From contig CP000067.1 in the NCBI GenBank assembly GCA_000002445.1, forward strand, positions 672,001 through 736,000: a stretch of DNA of 64,000 bases, written 5' to 3'. This stretch comes from Trypanosoma brucei. Its lineage: Eukaryota. Positions 44,200-56,360 of this stretch are shown piece after piece (position 1 is the first letter of the stretch; each line of letters begins with the position of its first letter). The notes beneath the pieces are model-generated. The model made no database searches, was not told the origin of the DNA, and worked only from the letters and a program-made list of their open reading frames with translations. The translations under genes and the position numbers were made by a program.

Positions 44200-44425
44200 A
44201 TGCGCTGGTGTTTTGTTTTCCCCTTCTCCACATCACACACAACCACACCCTTCTTTTTGTCCTATTTGTCGTTTTTGTTATTTATTTATTTATTTTTTTT
44301 TTTACGACCCTGTCCCGTCCTCGCAACCAAAATATTTTTCTCCTCCTCTTCTTCTCTTCTTTTCATACGTGGTACGCAACGATATAATGTTTTTGTTTGT
44401 TTTGTTTTGTTTTAGCGAAGGAACG
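44200..44425 (+). promoter_or_regulatory. Extended polypyrimidine tract plus AG upstream of the helicase-like gene
   Basis: A 200+ nt CT-rich run ends in ttttagcgaagg. ATG at 44452. Confidence 0.45.
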
Positions 44426-44451
44426 AGACAGAGAGAAGTTGAATCGATGAA

Positions 44452-46761
44452 ATGGAAAGACTGTACCGTAGCCACATTCGCAGGTGCCACTGCCCGTGTG
44501 AAGTTAATATTTGCCTTCCGCGCTCTTTCCCCTTATTTGTAATGCAACGAAATGTCATACAATCAAACAGTGGAAGAGGCCTGCGGAGTATTTTGGATCA
44601 ATATGAGGATTTCAAGCTCATCATGCAGCTTCGCAAAAATGGACGGGGGAATTATTACAGATATCAACAGAAATTGTGGCCATCAGCTGAGGCTTTAGAG
44701 AGAGATATGACGGAGAGACTTTACAGCAGCACCGAACGCACTCCCCTCGCGCTTTTGCCGCAACCGAAAAGAGCACCATCGCCTCGCACATGTGTGCTTG
44801 AGGGGTGTGGTGCAGCGGCATTGTTAGAAGGAGCGGAAAATGCCGTACAGATCAGTGAGGACCTAAACGACAATCAAAAGGAAGTGAATGAGCCGTTAGA
44901 TCTCACGGACTCGACGGAAACAATGTTTGCCGAGCTTTATGGTACGGATCAGAGTATCAATAATAAAATCATCACAGATAACGACCTACAGGGGACTGTG
45001 CTGGAAGCGGCTCAACAGCGTGCGAGGACTCTCATATTCAATGACCTTCGGGTTAATGAGCTCGCAACTTCTCCAGCAGTTGCGTCCACTAATTCGAGAA
45101 GAACAACAACAATACTGTCCGCCAAAGATAAAGGTAGCATGGCGTGGGAGGCGCTCGGGCTCTGCCCCACGTTGAGTAAACAAGTTATAGCTAAATACAG
45201 TGCAGCGCCCACGCGACTTCAGTGTCGCCTCCTTCCCGCCCTTCTTCATGAAGATCATAACGATGTATTGTTTAATGGCGTGACGGGGAGCGGGAAAACT
45301 AGTGCGCTTCTTCTTGCCCTCTTACAAGCGGTCCGAAACGAGTCTGCCGGACTGAATGTATTTGTTGCTAGTAATGCCATTACTGCCATGCGAGCCCGCG
45401 ACCAGTTGCAGGCACTCTGTGGGGAACTGGGTGGTGCCATGGTGGACCGACCTCGAGACGATTTCACATGGTTGTTTATGGGCATCTTTTCAGGAGAATA
45501 TGAGGCGTACTATCGAACCCTTCGCCGTTCCCTGAATAGTGATCACGGACCCGTGCGGATCTTTATAACGACGGCAGACACTTTTTGCCAATTGTTATTC
45601 GAAAAGAAAATGGAGTTCGAGGCATTTGGTTATCTTCGCCGTGTTTACGTTGATGATGTGGGTGTACAACTTCCAATGGTGCCCCCTCATGCTCCCGTAC
45701 ACGAAATGCGGGAGAGGCTTCGGAATCCGCTCCCATGCGAACTGTTGCTTGGAACCCTGCATCAACTGCCGGGGCCTCACATTCGATCCATCTTGCAGCT
45801 GGGGCTCGTGTCGGCCGATATGGAAACTGCGCTCAAAGATCATTTAAAGTCGTTGTGCGTAAAATTGGAGCGCCACACGATTGTTCTTTCCGCTGTGCGC
45901 ATTCCCTCAACGATACACTGTCTTTTTAGCTTTCATCTCGCCCACGAGGATGTGTACGAATACGTTGTGCAACTCATCTGGAATGCACGGGCTACGATCC
46001 CTGGTCGGGCGGTGATATATGTCCGCTATGAAGACAACATCCTACAGGTGCGCACGAAGCTACGCCAGCTTGGAATGGATGTAAAGCTCTTCTCAGAAGT
46101 TTACCATGATGGTGTGTTTCGTGACTCATGGAAGTTTCTCTTGCTACATGAATCAGAGGCGTTTGGGGTTGACTTACCGCTTGTCTCGCATGTCTTCATC
46201 ACATTTTGTCCCCACAGCACATGTTCCTTCCAGCATATGTGTGGTCGAACCGGACGACTGGGAAATGTTGGTTGGGTGTACACCATAACAGACAAACGTG
46301 AAGCAAAGGCCGTGCGTGAGGTGGTCACACAGCTGGAAGTTGATTTTTGTAGTCACGTGGTTGACAGCAATCTTGCACAAGTGCCACCCAGCGATATGGA
46401 CCGCCTAACAAAGGAGTTTGAGCTATATGGGTTGGATCCGCAGTATGCAGTGAGGCAACACTACGTTGTCCAGAGTGAGAATCCAGACATGGCGTACCGC
46501 AGTCGTGAGTTCTTTAGTAAGCCGGCGGAAAAGCAGTTCCAGATGGAGGACTACACGCCAACGCCGGTGTTGCATAGGCGGTTCGTTAACGCAAAGAAGT
46601 TGGCTAAGGACGTGGAACGGGACCCTTCTGTGGCACTCACCTTACAGAAGGAAGGATTACTGAACAGCAAACTTGCTCCAACGAAAAAAATGAGAAACCT
46701 TCTCAACAACAAGAGCCGAAGCTTCAATGCAGCACTTTATGGTATGAAGAGTAATAAATAA
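44452..46761 (+). CDS. Divergent superfamily-2 (DEAD/DEAH-like) helicase-related protein, with Walker A and motif VI present and motif II degenerate
   Basis: Q-like TRLQCRLLPALL, motif I NGVTGSGKTSALL (about 45274-45310), a motif-II-like YVDDVG in place of DEAD, and motif VI CGRTGRLG (about 46238-46262). About 770 aa with no other known domains seen. Confidence 0.55.
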   Translation: MERLYRSHIRRCHCPCEVNICLPRSFPLFVMQRNVIQSNSGRGLRSILDQYEDFKLIMQLRKNGRGNYYRYQQKLWPSAEALERDMTERLYSSTERTPLALLPQPKRAPSPRTCVLEGCGAAALLEGAENAVQISEDLNDNQKEVNEPLDLTDSTETMFAELYGTDQSINNKIITDNDLQGTVLEAAQQRARTLIFNDLRVNELATSPAVASTNSRRTTTILSAKDKGSMAWEALGLCPTLSKQVIAKYSAAPTRLQCRLLPALLHEDHNDVLFNGVTGSGKTSALLLALLQAVRNESAGLNVFVASNAITAMRARDQLQALCGELGGAMVDRPRDDFTWLFMGIFSGEYEAYYRTLRRSLNSDHGPVRIFITTADTFCQLLFEKKMEFEAFGYLRRVYVDDVGVQLPMVPPHAPVHEMRERLRNPLPCELLLGTLHQLPGPHIRSILQLGLVSADMETALKDHLKSLCVKLERHTIVLSAVRIPSTIHCLFSFHLAHEDVYEYVVQLIWNARATIPGRAVIYVRYEDNILQVRTKLRQLGMDVKLFSEVYHDGVFRDSWKFLLLHESEAFGVDLPLVSHVFITFCPHSTCSFQHMCGRTGRLGNVGWVYTITDKREAKAVREVVTQLEVDFCSHVVDSNLAQVPPSDMDRLTKEFELYGLDPQYAVRQHYVVQSENPDMAYRSREFFSKPAEKQFQMEDYTPTPVLHRRFVNAKKLAKDVERDPSVALTLQKEGLLNSKLAPTKKMRNLLNNKSRSFNAALYGMKSNK

Positions 46762-47169
46762 TGGATGTCCATGAGGTTACCAGCACCATTTTATCTTCCA
46801 ATTCTTCTGTGTGAGGAACGTTCAATTTGCAAGGCTACCGGCGAATCCGAGCCTTAGGGATATTAAAAAATAAATGTACGTTGGGCATGGAATTCTATGG
46901 TTGTGTGTAAAGATGGCTCGTCTCATTGCGGAAACTGATGTGATAAGAATGATTCTTTTAGGTCGGGGGGGAGGCCGGGAGAAGTGGTTGATGATGATAT
47001 CCCTCCTGTGAAAGTGCGGTCGTGTAATTGTGCGAATCAATAAACAACACTAATAGTGTTCGCCATGATGTGTTCGACTTTTTTTTTCTTTCTTTCTTTT
47101 TTTCCTCTGCGCTATCATGAATTATGGTCGAACAGCTGCTGTACGGTTTATTCGCTCACTAGCTTGGGT

Positions 47170-47265
47170 CTCCGCCTTTTCTTCTTTTTTTTCTTGCACA
47201 TTTTGTGTGGCTCACACCCGCTTTAAATAATCCTTTTTTTTTTTTTTGCTTTCCTGTCATAAAGG
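47170..47265 (+). promoter_or_regulatory. Polypyrimidine tracts plus AG upstream of the kinesin gene
   Basis: cttttcttcttttttttcttgcacattttgtgtgg ... ccttttttttttttttgctttcctgtcataaag. ATG at 47312. Confidence 0.45.
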
Positions 47266-47311
47266 TGTACCCGCAGGAGGGTCTCATAGTTGATCACATC
47301 TTCACTTTTGA

Positions 47312-49723
47312 ATGACCACTCTATCTTTAGATTCAACAGCGGTACGTGTTGTTGCCCGCTGTAGGCCCCTTCTTCCGAGTGAACGAAACCACACAACCTC
47401 CCGAATTCAGATTAACGCAGAAGCTGGGACAATTACTCTTGCCGAAAAGGGATTAGGGGTTGGTCGTTGTTTTACATTTGATCGTGTTTTCCTTCCCAAC
47501 GCGCAACAGCACGATGTTGCTGAAGAGGTGAGTCCACTGATCAGTCACGTACTCGAAGGATTTTGTGCCACCATTTTCGCATACGGTCAGACAGGTAGCG
47601 GAAAGACACACACAGTCGAAGGGTTTGAATACATTCGTAACGGTAGGGGTGGCCCTAAAGTCAACATAGACACAGACCCCGAAAAGCATGGTATTATTCC
47701 CCGCGTGATACAGCTCATTTTCGATCGTGTTCGGGAAAAGCAGTTCGCAGATGCTAACACATCATATCACCTTAAGTGCAGCTATTATCAGATATACAAT
47801 GAACGGGTTACAGATTTGCTGAATCCCTCATCGGAAGCTTCTAAAGGCACTGGTCTAAAGGTACGTTGGTGCCGTGACGATACTTTCACAGTGGAGAACC
47901 TTTACATATGTGAGTGTGACCAACCCGGCGAGATGCGCCGTATGTTCTTGTCTGGTGCTAAAGCTAAAGAAATGGGAAGTCATATGATGAACCAGCAATC
48001 GTCCCGCTCGCACTGCGTCTTTACAATCCACGTAGAGCGTTCCGATAGCGACATCCCAGGGAATAGTGTGAAGTCACAGCTCACCATTGTAGACTTGGCG
48101 GGGTCAGAGAAGCTGACGGCGCTTGACGCCAACCCCTCCTCAAAGCTGACTAAGGAATCTATAGATATAAATACGTCACTTTTTGCCTTGGGAAAAGTGA
48201 TCACCTCTCTCGCCCAGCGATCAAAGCACAATCAGAAAAACGGTGCGGGGGCTAATCAGTTGCACATCCCCTACCGTGATAGCAAACTGACCAAGCTCCT
48301 GAAGCATGCACTAGGAGGAAACTCACTAACAACGATGTTAGCGTGTATCAGCCCATCCGATAACTACGCGGAGGAAACAATGTCGACGCTTATGTTCGCT
48401 ACTACAGCTAGAACTATTAAAAACGTGCCTTACGTGGCTGAGGACCCTGTAACACAGGTTGTCAATCAACTCCGGAGCGAACTTGGAAATGTAAAGGAGG
48501 AGTTGAACTACTATCAGAACCTTGTTGGCAGCAACCTCATCAACAGTGGCCCAACGCGACCACAGCCTATGTACCACGTGCAGGCTTCAAACGACGAGGC
48601 CGTTAACGCACAAGTGAATGAATTATCGGACAAACTCCTGCAGGCATGTGATGCCCTCCAGAAAATTATGAGCATCAACACCCAGCTTCGCTCTGCTTTT
48701 GACGTGGTGAAGGAGGCGAAAGCAGAACTCGAACGAAGGGAGATGGAGCTAAACGCTGAAAATTTAGCTCTGCGCGAACGTATTGAGATGTTGGAGTCTG
48801 TTGTGCTTAAAGAGGACTTGACGGAGTGCTTTGGAAATGGCGCAAAGTCCCAGGAGGGGTATTTGAAGAACAACGGTTACTACTATTCCTCAGCGCGAGC
48901 ATCACTCCTTACAAATGCATCCGACCCAAAGTCCTGCCACGCACCCACCAGGCCCCACTCCGCAAGCGTGCACGAGTCGCCCGCTCCAACAACAGCTGGT
49001 CAAACAAATCCACGGGCTTATGCAGCGGATGGAGCGTGGGCGGCGGAGCGCCCTCCGATTGCCGAAGATAATCCCCGACCAATGACGGGACCTTCAGTGC
49101 GCCCGTCAGCGGAGGGTTTTGTGCCCTCAGCACAACTTGCGGAAGAACGCTTACGTGGGGAACAATCAATTAATAAACGAAGAGAAAAGCTGACAAAGGG
49201 TCTCGCCGAGTATGCTAACAGATACTGTCAACCTGACCGTTTCGTGAACTATGCGGAATACTACGGAAAGGCCCGCCGCTTGGTAACCACGAACCGTTCA
49301 GTTTCTAGTACCGTGGATGATATGAGCAAAACCCTCCGCCAAATCCCAGAGAGCATTGCCAGCACCGTTCCCAACTCACTGAAGACCACTTCTCAATTCG
49401 GGATGTTACACTTTGGTGGGAGCCGGGAGGAGTTGGGCGAACTCGAGGAACGTCGGCGGCAGCGTGAGGAGAAGCGGCAGGCGCTCATCGCTCAGCAGGA
49501 TGCCCTCCGCGGTGATGTTGCGCGCGCATTTGTTGGTATTACTGAAAAGAAGGAACCCATCCGAGCTGGAAAAGAACCATACGAGCAAGGATCATTAGCA
49601 TCCACGGACACGACCGGGAAGCAAATGCCAAAGTTACCTTCAGCGCAACCTGCCCCCGCAGATTCGGTGAGTCGGCTGAAGGCTTATTTGGAACAAGAAA
49701 TAGGTATGAGGGGTGAGTTATGA
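47312..49723 (+). CDS. Kinesin with an N-terminal motor domain and a C-terminal coiled-coil stalk and tail
   Basis: The motor has RVVARCRPL, the P-loop FAYGQTGSGKTHT (about 47586-47609), switch I SSRSHCVFTI, switch II IVDLAGSEK and HIPYRDSKLTKLL. Downstream is a heptad-like region (ELERREMELNAENLALRERIEMLESV) and a Pro/Ala-rich tail. Confidence 0.88.
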   Translation: MTTLSLDSTAVRVVARCRPLLPSERNHTTSRIQINAEAGTITLAEKGLGVGRCFTFDRVFLPNAQQHDVAEEVSPLISHVLEGFCATIFAYGQTGSGKTHTVEGFEYIRNGRGGPKVNIDTDPEKHGIIPRVIQLIFDRVREKQFADANTSYHLKCSYYQIYNERVTDLLNPSSEASKGTGLKVRWCRDDTFTVENLYICECDQPGEMRRMFLSGAKAKEMGSHMMNQQSSRSHCVFTIHVERSDSDIPGNSVKSQLTIVDLAGSEKLTALDANPSSKLTKESIDINTSLFALGKVITSLAQRSKHNQKNGAGANQLHIPYRDSKLTKLLKHALGGNSLTTMLACISPSDNYAEETMSTLMFATTARTIKNVPYVAEDPVTQVVNQLRSELGNVKEELNYYQNLVGSNLINSGPTRPQPMYHVQASNDEAVNAQVNELSDKLLQACDALQKIMSINTQLRSAFDVVKEAKAELERREMELNAENLALRERIEMLESVVLKEDLTECFGNGAKSQEGYLKNNGYYYSSARASLLTNASDPKSCHAPTRPHSASVHESPAPTTAGQTNPRAYAADGAWAAERPPIAEDNPRPMTGPSVRPSAEGFVPSAQLAEERLRGEQSINKRREKLTKGLAEYANRYCQPDRFVNYAEYYGKARRLVTTNRSVSSTVDDMSKTLRQIPESIASTVPNSLKTTSQFGMLHFGGSREELGELEERRRQREEKRQALIAQQDALRGDVARAFVGITEKKEPIRAGKEPYEQGSLASTDTTGKQMPKLPSAQPAPADSVSRLKAYLEQEIGMRGEL

Positions 49724-51053
49724 AGAGGATTATGGGCAGCTATAAGACCCGGGGACACATTTACGCACTGAATCGTGGCCGCACACAAACACCGTGTGCA
49801 CACTTACAACCACTTACATATCGAATATTGCCGGCCCCGGATCCCTGAACCAATGTTCTGCAAATGGGGTTTATGCAGCCGGTATAAGCGGCTAATTGGA
49901 GCTCGCTATTATTTATCCCTGGAGGTGGGAGGCAGGCGCGTGTTCGCTAAGCTGATGCGCACAGGCGAAAGGAATGAGTGCGTGGGAGGCGTTGCAGCAT
50001 GTCGCTCCAAGGAGTGGGAAGGGAAGAGAAGCGGAAAAGAGAAATATGAATTCGGCACCTCATCTCGGGAACTGTTTCGTGCTGTCGCCGTAACCCTCTA
50101 ATTCCCTGTGTGTTTATCCCGGATTTTGGCCACTCGGTTACCCTTGCCCTGGTGGGTTCCTGATGAGATCCTGTTGAGAGAGAGAGAGAGTGGGGTTCCT
50201 GTTTTGTCTGTGCTGGGCTGGACTGCAGATACAATTCATTTTCTTTCTCCTGACTATACCCTATTACGTATTCAGTCCCGGTAATAGTGGGGTTTGCCTT
50301 TTATTATTATTATTATTATTTCCCCTTGCTAGATGCCGTCGCGTTTCACGTCATGGTTTTAATGTTCCACTGATGTGCACCTCGTTGGTGGTAGTGTTAT
50401 TGTTTTTCTTTTCTTTCAAATTAATTCTTCCCCGCACATTTGCTTTGTTTTCCTTGTTTCAGCACGCAGCACCGCATGTACATTTGCGGGCGTAAGTGGG
50501 TGCCCACTACAACTTCGTTGGAGAGAGTGAGTTAGGTTTTCCTCCCTTACATACGCAGCTGATGTCTCTCCATTTTCCCCACCTCAGTTGGCTGCTCTTA
50601 CGGCCTCAACCGTGTCTGCACGTGTATGTGTGTTGAATGCATACCCTTATATTACCGATCGGGCGTAGTGATCTCTCATATATATATATATATATACATA
50701 TAGGTGGGTGAACAGCGTGTGCATTGTTTCACTGCGTCCCAACACATCCGCCCTTCTTTACTTCATGGCACCTCTGCTTTTAGCACATCATTCTATTAGG
50801 CGGTTATTTATCTATTCTATGATTGTATCTGTTACTACATTCTTTTTTTTTTTGTACTCTACTGCCTCTTCCGCCCTTATATAATTCTTCACAATCTCTC
50901 CTTTGCAATTATGGAAAGAAAGAGAGAAAACAAAGCAAAAGCTACAAGCGACCATCTACAAGAGCTAATACTACACACTACATATATTCTCAAGTAAGCA
51001 CTCAAAGGAAACCCTCAAAAAAGAAAAAAAAAAGATATCTACAGTTTGTCATC

Positions 51054-51506
51054 ATGGAAGCTGTCTTCTACGCATTTGCATCCTTCGGCACGGCGCCCAC
51101 GAAGGAGATGGACAATGCCCATTTCTCCAAAATGTTAAAGGAGGCTAAAATCATTGGCAAAACCTTCACCTCTACAGATGCCGACCTCCTCTTCAACAAG
51201 ATCAAGGCGAAGGGCGCCCGTAAAATCACCTTCACGGAGTTTAACACAAGAGCTCTCCCTGATATTGCCACCAAGTTGAAGATGACACCCGAGCAGGTGG
51301 CTGAAATTCTCACGAAGGCATCACCAGCCTCCAATTCCACAAAAGCGGAAGCTGTTAAGTTCCATGACGACAAAAATCTCTACACGGGCGTCTACAAGGC
51401 GGGAGGCCCCACAAATGTGGATCGTAACGCCGGATCCCTTTCAGGGGTTGTCGACCGCCGTGTGGATCAGGTCGATGTGCGTGGCACAACCTCCTCGCAA
51501 AAGTAA
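51054..51506 (+). CDS. p25-alpha / TPPP (tubulin-polymerisation-promoting protein) family protein
   Basis: The track start 50823 is TTG and the first ATG is 51054. MEAVFYAFASFGT...MDNAHFSKMLKEAKIIGKTFTSTDADLLFNKIKAKGARKITFTEF matches the p25-alpha consensus (F..F..FG....M....F.K..K...I........D.D.IF.K.K.K....I.F.EF), with a Gly-rich C-terminus. Confidence 0.8.
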   Translation: MEAVFYAFASFGTAPTKEMDNAHFSKMLKEAKIIGKTFTSTDADLLFNKIKAKGARKITFTEFNTRALPDIATKLKMTPEQVAEILTKASPASNSTKAEAVKFHDDKNLYTGVYKAGGPTNVDRNAGSLSGVVDRRVDQVDVRGTTSSQK

Positions 51507-51540
51507 AACAAAAGAAATTGTAATATGTTATATTCATTTG

Positions 51541-51572
<32 letters not shown>

Positions 51573-54311
51573 GGTACTTGTAGGTGAAGGATGAAAAAGG
51601 GGATTACGGAAAAGAAACAAAGAAAAAAGTAAAAGAAGAATAAGAATAAGAAGGGATGGAATAATTCTTTTTTTTAAGAAAAAAAAAGAAAGAAAGGAAA
51701 AAATATGAGGGGGAGTGTGTGGGAGGACGGAAGGATGGAAAAAAAAAAAGTCACAAGAAGTTTGAAAAAGAAGAAAAGAGAACGAAGTGAAGTGAAATGA
51801 ATATGAAATATAAATGCGGTGACTAGGAGAAAGGAAGAAGAAGAAAGTGAATTTTCGTCCCAAGATTGAAAAAAAAACGGAATATATAAAAAGAAAAAAG
51901 AAGAGCGAAGTTATGTCGACAAATGCAGAGCATATCAAAAGTGTAAAAGGGGAATAGGGATATTTAAGGACATATTTCTCATTTGTTTGGCGCCCTTCTG
52001 AATAACACTCCCAGGATATTTTCGCCTGATATTTTTGGCTGTTGTTTCTTTCCTTGTCTGTTTTTTGTTTGTTTGTTTTTGTTTTCGTTTCCCCTTTCGT
52101 TGTTGTGTTGTTTACAGTAATATCCCCTACACGACATCACATACCTTTCACCATGTCATTTGAATTTCTTTCCTCATCTCTCTTTCATTTTTATTTTCAT
52201 TTCCTCCCATAAGTGCCGTGGCGTCCTGATAGTTGCGATGTAATTTAATTCGGTTATTTCCGTCATTTAATCAGGTGTCAGGCACTTCTTGAAGAAAGTG
52301 AAAGGGAAAAAGGGAAAAGGAAAAGAAATGTGGCAGTGGAGACAGCAGCAGCAGCAGTGGCAAAAGAAGAAGAAAAAGAAGAAATTGGTGGAAAAAGAAA
52401 AAGAAAAATCATTATCATTATCATTTCGTACATGCCACAACAGTGCCTTCTTTCCTGCGTTTTTTTTTTATTTTGTTTTCTCTTTGTGGCGGATACCATT
52501 CAAATAGCTCCATCTCATGCGCGAAGGATTGAAATGAAGTAAGGATAAAGAAAGGTGAATATTAGGGATTGGAACATATATTTGAATTCTTCGTGGTATG
52601 TATTTATATATTAATGTATTTATATTCATACTCACTCAGAGGCATTTAAAAAAAAAATGAGGAAGATATAATTGTGGCGTGTAATGGGTGATGGAATTTG
52701 GTTGAGGAATGGAAAAGAAAATTTGAAGGGAAGGACACGCGTAAATTTTACGCAAATCTCTCTATCCCTTTTTCTTTTTTCTTTTCTTTTCCAAATTCCC
52801 CCTTTTCTTCTTTCTTCATGTGTATTTGTATGTGTGAATGTGCGGGTATGCTGCTTCTCATTTTGTATGTATAAATAAATATATATATATATATATATAT
52901 ATGCATCTATGTATGTATGTTTGTTCGTTTGTATGTGTGTGTGTGTGTGCGTGCACTTTTTTCTTTCTTTTCCATATCTGGGGAACAGTTCAATATTATT
53001 TACCCCGTATATCTCCTTTCGTCTCCTTACTATTTATATGTATTTTTTCCTTTTTTTTTTTTTTCTTGGGTGTTTTTTTTTCTTTTTTTTCTATTTAGCT
53101 GACACTGCCGTTGTTGTTATTCTTGTTATTATGATTATTATTGAAAAGTGTAATATATATATATATATTATAACAATAATAATCGCAATAAAAAAGAATA
53201 ATGAGGACAACTTCCGCTGCTGCAACAGAGATAAAGCGGTGCCTCACAATTCATGTGGACTTTTGATATCAACTAGGAATGATATGATGGTCACCGATAA
53301 CTCTCTCTGATATATCAAGTTCTCTAAATATATATATTTTTTTTTAAAAAAAAAAAAAGAGAAAATGACTAATATTTTTGTTATTAATTATTATTATTAT
53401 TACTATTATGCGCACACACGTATGCCACGTCATACCGTTGCTGTCGTTGTTGTTGGTGTTGTTGTTGGACCAGTGGGCGCACAATCAGTAAATGTACTTG
53501 GGTTGCTTTCATTCACACCTGTCATATCTCTAATCATTTCTCCTCTTTCCTTTTTTAAAGAAAATAATAAACAAAAAAAACAGAAGGGATAGAAAATAGA
53601 AAAAGTAACAACTAATTAGAAGTAATCATTTCTCAGTTAATTTGCATACAGAAAAACTTCATACAACTTAGCAAAAGGAATGCAACCTTTTCGAAGCTGG
53701 GAGGAGGACGTATTTAATTGATATGATAAACTCGTAGTCGCGTATATGCTGAGGCCAGTGACGTTATTTTCATTTATTATCGCCGGTCATGGATTTGGCT
53801 GTTGGTTTCGTCAGATAAATGCGGTCTCCTCAGTCATTATATAAAAATGAAAGGGATTGGGATTAAAATGTAACGAAATAATGTTTCTTCAAAAAAATAA
53901 AATATATATATATATATAAGAAAGGCAGCATTTGATGTTGTGCGGTGATGTGAAAGAGAGGTAAGAAAAGTCCCACAAAACAACTTTTCTGAAGTTTAAT
54001 CACTTTTTTCTTTTCTTTTTGCGTTCTTCACTACATTTTTTTTTTACAAAAAAAAAAAATAAACTCGCTGCTTCGCACTCTTTGTGCCTCACCATTTATA
54101 CGTGGTGATCAAGTTATCAGCCTGTTTGGTGCGTATCAATCAGAACTTCAGGAACAAAACCGAGTGAAACGAGTTAAACAAAAGGAAAGAACAAACAGAC
54201 ATAAAGGAGCAAACAACACGAAGAAAGAGCAAAGAGAATAAACGAGAATTAAGGAGCAAAAAAAAAAAAGTAAACAAGCAAAGGATAAGACGAAAACGGT
54301 GGTAATATTAG

Positions 54312-54313
<2 letters not shown>

Positions 54314-54346
<33 letters not shown>
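54314..54346. repeat. (TA)16 microsatellite
   Basis: Direct reading of tatatatata... Similar (TA)n tracts occur at 3181-3196, 11764-11778, 34299-34326, 35153-35180, 50681-50697, 51540-51567, 52879-52902 and 58273-58290. Confidence 0.9.
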
Positions 54347-54350
<4 letters not shown>

Positions 54351-54420
54351 AATTTACTAGTAATACTACTAATTGAGGGAAGAAAATTAAAAATAAAGAA
54401 AAAGAAAAAAGTAGGAAGTT

Positions 54421-55320
54421 ATGAGCACAACATCGTCACGTACAGCAGACGACGGCCTGACGGAACTTGACGGTCACGTGCCGGGCCACTTCCGCCTTCC
54501 AACGCGCGGGAGCCAACAGCCTTTAGACGAAGATGAGGATCGTGCGCTGGTCTCCAACGGTACCGGTGGCGATGATGGTTCATGTTTTTCCGGTGACCCA
54601 CACGAAGTTCCCCATCCGGAGGAACCGACGCAACTCAACACCCGGACACTCCGGCGGATGCAGCGGGCCGTTGCGGGTGGCAACATTCCGTTACGTGCAG
54701 ATCTGCTTGGGGGCACGAATTTACGAGCGCAGCGGACGGCGAGTGCCATCACTGCGATGAGTTGTACTTCTGGTGGGATGGATGCTCAGTCCAGTGGTTG
54801 TGATACGTCGCGGGCGGAGAGTAAACAAAAATCTAACGATGTGCCTTTGGGTCGCGCTCATGATTCGGTGGCAAACCTCTCAATGGCCAGCGTGGAAAGC
54901 ATGTGTGGCAGTACCGTTATGCCAAACATACTCAACCGAAAGAATCTGGACTTTTTTTCTGCTCAATTGCTCAGCGGGGGAGCGCGGCTTCGCCAAGAGT
55001 TCCTCTCGGGTGAAGATGTGAAACCGCGGGGCGGTGAGCCCTCCGAAATGGCAACAGCAGATTTGCCAATGAGTTTGTGGACGGAAGGTGGCGGTAGTGA
55101 ACATTTGAGCCGATTTATCTCCCAAAGTGACATTGGATTAAATACGGAGGAAACACGACAGGGAAATGCAGCAGATAGCCTCAGTGAGGCCACAAACCCG
55201 CGGACTCCAGCAAATGAAGAGGGTATGCAGAGCGTAATGGCGGAAATGGGCACATTTGGTTCATCTTCACGTATAGCCGATCCCACCACGGCATCGGAAG
55301 GATCAGCCCAAAAAAAGTAG
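54421..55320 (+). CDS. Hypothetical Ser/Thr/Gly-rich protein (299 aa), likely disordered
   Basis: ATG-initiated ORF forming a GC-rich island between AT-rich intergenic sequence. There is a polypyrimidine tract about 360 nt upstream (53990-54060). I saw no motifs. Confidence 0.5.
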   Translation: MSTTSSRTADDGLTELDGHVPGHFRLPTRGSQQPLDEDEDRALVSNGTGGDDGSCFSGDPHEVPHPEEPTQLNTRTLRRMQRAVAGGNIPLRADLLGGTNLRAQRTASAITAMSCTSGGMDAQSSGCDTSRAESKQKSNDVPLGRAHDSVANLSMASVESMCGSTVMPNILNRKNLDFFSAQLLSGGARLRQEFLSGEDVKPRGGEPSEMATADLPMSLWTEGGGSEHLSRFISQSDIGLNTEETRQGNAADSLSEATNPRTPANEEGMQSVMAEMGTFGSSSRIADPTTASEGSAQKK

Positions 55321-55871
55321 AAGAGGGACCAAATGTCCACGAAACATTTTCGTGAAGAAGAGGAAGAGTGAGAGAATGACGTGGAAGAGAGAGAGAGAGA
55401 GAAAGAAAGAAAGAGAGGAAAAGGGAAAAAGAGAAATGATGAAAATAAGAGGAAAGAGTGGATAAATTCCAGAAAAGTGTGAGGGCATATATATATATAT
55501 ATATACATAAATGTGCATATGTGCGTGTATCCGTTTCCGTGTGTGTACTCGGGACGCTGATGATGTCAGCAGCAAAAATTGCTGAAAGTTGGAAGAAGAA
55601 GAAGATGATGATGAAGATGATGATGAAATCTCCTTCTCTTCACAAATTTGAACGACACTTGATGAGCATATGAGATGGCTGCTTGAGTGGAGGTCTTATT
55701 TAGTGAAAATGAAAAAGGGGGTAGTTAAAACTAAGTATAGAGTGAAATGTTTGATAAGATAAAATGAAGTGGAAAGAAAAGGTTAGGGATGATGTGAAAC
55801 AAGACGCCGTAAGAAAGGTTCGAGAAATGGGATGATGAAAAAGGGAGGCGCGTTTATAATTGTTGTTGTTT

Positions 55872-55912
55872 GTTTGGTTGGTTGGTTGGTTGGTTGGTTG
55901 GTTGGTTGGTTG
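55872..55912. repeat. (TTGG)10 tetranucleotide repeat
   Basis: gtttggttggttggttggttggttggttggttggttggttgaaccaa. It ends in a short palindrome, TTGGTTGAACCAA. Confidence 0.9.
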
Positions 55913-56139
55913 AACCAATGTCTGGAAAAATGACGCTATACTACAAACCAGCGTACAAGAAAGGGGGCAAAGAAAAAAAAACAAAAAAGAAGTCAGGGAA
56001 AAGAAAGCGGGTGAAAGTGATACAAACTTCTCAGTTTGCACATCATACGTGTCTGGGTGTACTTTATTTTGTTACGCTCCGTTTAGTTTTACTCTGCTTT
56101 CCTCTCTTCTTTCTTTTTTTTTGTTTTGTTTTTTGTTGC

Positions 56140-56170
<31 letters not shown>

Positions 56171-56326
56171 GACTTGTGCTTCATTCATTCGTTTATTCAT
56201 TCAGACCATAAGATGGTCGTGGTATCTCCCTTTCCGTCCTCTTTAACGTGAAGATCTTTTCATCTTGAGGGGGATTGTCTCTGGTGACTGCGTTTTCTTT
56301 TTTGTTTTGTTTTGTTTTGTGTGTGA

Positions 56327-56360
<34 letters not shown>

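Noticed and set aside
49853-50101. GC-rich 82-codon ORF immediately after the kinesin stop codon
   Set aside because: There is no polypyrimidine or AG acceptor between the kinesin stop (49723) and this ATG. It is most likely the kinesin 3'UTR, and the track ORF start was a GTG.
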